Shown here in pieces: positions 61,628 to 64,000 of a DNA stretch of 64,000 nucleotides. The stretch comes from Schmidtea nova (Eukaryota). Where the stretch lies: assembly GCA_044892505.1 (NCBI GenBank), contig CM097882.1:377208001-377272000 (forward strand), read 5' to 3'. The first letter of the stretch is position 1; the number at the start of each line of letters is the position of its first letter. The notes beneath the pieces were generated by a model that saw nothing but the letters and a program-made list of their open reading frames with translations, did no database searches and had not been told where the DNA came from. The translations under genes and the position numbers were made by a program.

Positions 61628-62939
61628 CGTAGTTCGTTCAACAATGCCTGAAACTGACTAAGAAAGAAACATGATAAACCAATCAAACCAATTGGTATTA
61701 ACACCTACACGTATGTTTGTTTATATGGATAAATAATATAATATGATTGACTTACGTACGTACGTGTAATCCATAAGCTAACTCACATGTCAATTTTTTG
61801 TCAAATGGATGAGGTGGAATACAGAAATGTGATAAAGTTCTATGTGCTTTTAAAGAAGTCATATGATGAAATATTTCGTGATATGCCAATTGCAAATGGC
61901 AACAAATGTCCTTCTAGATCCACAATATATCGTTGGATATCATTATTCAAGCATGGCCATGAAAGTGTGCACCAGGATTATTCCAATGTTGACAGACCAA
62001 CTGAAATTTCCGATCAAAGAATTATGCAATGTGAGGCGATTTTTCGCGCTGAAAGACTAATTAAGGTGGGTGAAATTGCAGAATTACTTAAAATACGTGT
62101 TGGCAGTTGTCACAACATCATTGGAAAATTAGGCTATAGCAAATTATGCTCACAATTTGTTCCAAAGTTTCTGTCTCCTGACATGAAGGAAATGCACCTC
62201 AACAACACATTGTCAAATTCACAACTGTTGAATCAGTATGGTAAAGTATTTATTAATAATATTGTAACTGAGGACGAGACACTCCTTTTATTATACTTAT
62301 TTGAAACCAAATGGGTATCATCTGAATGAAGACATGTAGAAGAGAAACCTCCTCTGGAGATGAGAAGTGGCACCTCACATCGAGAACAACTGATACTCTC
62401 AGTGTTTTGGGGCAAAAGTGGAGTCATTCTCCTAGATTTCTTCACTAATGGACAAACAATAAATGGTCAATACTATGCCAAATTGGCAGAGGAATGCCGT
62501 GCAAAGAAACGGAAATCAAGAAATGTTCCACTTTGGCTCCTTGTTGATAATATATCTCTCTATGCAAACAAATTTACACGATGTTCAACAGAAAAAAGTG
62601 GTTTTAGGCTTCTCCAACACCCACCTTACAGCCCGGACCTTTCTCCGAGTGACTTCCTTTTGTTCAAGCACCTGAAGAAAGAATTACACAGCCATCATTT
62701 TGAGACATCAGATGCACTGCAGCAATTTGTTGACCAGTAGTTTGCACAGCGTCCTGGACATTTGTTTGCTGATGCATTTCAAGATTTGGTTATTCGATGG
62801 GATAAGCTGGTTGCTCTCAATGGTAATTATATAAAAAAATAATTAAATGTGCTTTTCGAACTAGTATTTGATGTAGTTCAATAAAAGTTGTTTCAGTTTT
62901 TTGTGTTGTGTTTCTTTCTTAGTTATTGAACGAACTACG
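61628..62939 (+). mobile_element. Mariner (D,D34D) transposon, 1312 bp, disrupted transposase
   Basis: TIR CGTAGTTCGTTCAA with TA on both sides; VTEDET, VDN, YSPDLSPSDF; 34 residues between the second and third Asp; internal stops and a frameshift. Confidence 0.93.
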
Positions 62940-64000
62940 TATAATGATATTTAAGTACATAAAAATGATACAGATGATAATTATATAACTGTTGACAGCA
63001 CATTAAAAAGGCTAGGAAACAAGATAACCTTTGATTAAAAATAGAATGCTGAAGATTCTTCAAATTTAGTTTATAAACTGATTGGAGTCGAAGTCATATT
63101 GCAAAATGATTTCTAGCTTTAAAAAAGATTTTAAATTAACAACTAACTTGGTAAGTATAATTTATAGCAAAGACAAAAGCTTCTCAGCTGGGAAACTGAA
63201 TTCACTACAATTCACAAAAAGGCCATTTAACACAGAAAATAATATTCGAGCAGTTTTGAACATTTTAAAAACAATTTAACAATATTAAAATAAATATATT
63301 TTAAATCAGGGATTCTTGACAGGGTCGTTGAAGGTTAACAAGGTTCGCGGAATGACCAATCCAAAAAAATAATTCTTTATTTCTGAAATAAATGTCAAGC
63401 TTTTATGAAAATCTAACAAATATTTTGATTTCAATGTTTGTTAACCTCTTATGAATGTTAGGGAATGTTATAATTTGTCAATTTTGTATCGTTTTTAATT
63501 TTCAAAAACTAAATTCATTCATTTATAAAATAAATATATTTCAAAAAATAACTATAAACAATTAAAGAATGGATGGAATGGGTGGAATGGTTATTAGGCG
63601 GGTCATGACTATTAGAAGTTTAAGAGTCACTAACTAAAATGATCCTAGAGGAACTTTTAAAATATTGTTTCTTTAGTTTTAATAAACTTTTAGTAATAGA
63701 TAAATGTTGCCGCGTTCTGATTGGCTGGAATTGGGAAATCAGAAATACCAATAACAAATCCAATTATATTGTTGCTGACGATAAAACAAATTCAATAAAT
63801 CTTTTTGTTGGAACTTCATTTTATTTGCTTTAAATATTGATGGAAGTAAACGATTGTAAATAGAGATCAAAACTAATGGCAGTGATTAACGGATTTATTA
63901 TTAGATAGAATGCTTCATAAATCAAACTTTGGAAATATTTTAATTTACTGCTTTATCATAAGTAAGATTTTATGTTTTGAGAAATTGATTTACATTATTG

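Overview
Very AT-rich, gapped eukaryotic (probably animal) scaffold. One host gene can be reconstructed: a small HERC3/HERC4-type HECT E3 ligase on +, with exons from about 11.5 kb to the stop at 46798. An isolated first exon of a secreted histidine acid phosphatase lies at 3992-4226. The rest is mostly mobile DNA: two Ty3/gypsy elements plus an LTR-gag stub, several Penelope-like elements (PLE; RT + GIY-YIG), a mariner, MITEs, a probable piggyBac relic, a decayed 28S rRNA fragment and three Polinton/Maverick-derived pPolB elements sharing the terminus AGTAGG. Main results: (1) two non-autonomous mini-Polintons (28326-33280 and 40805-43597) hold only outward-facing, rearranged pPolB pieces yet each has AG...CT-type ends and a perfect 6-bp target-site duplication (TSD). 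They look like fold-back defective genomes that integrated in that form, and one is a chimera of two Polinton families. (2) There are several minimal hammerhead ribozyme types, including a ~215-bp structured element (2 copies) whose hammerhead follows a 13-nt exact match to the U1 snRNA 5' end, and a U3-A8 core variant in PLE termini. (3) A gypsy keeps open gag-PR and IN frames and its -1 frameshift signal but has lost RT/RNase H. (4) An LTR-gag stub is fused in frame to a PLE GIY-YIG domain. All calls were made by eye from motifs, with no searches or folding runs; coordinates may be off by a few bases.
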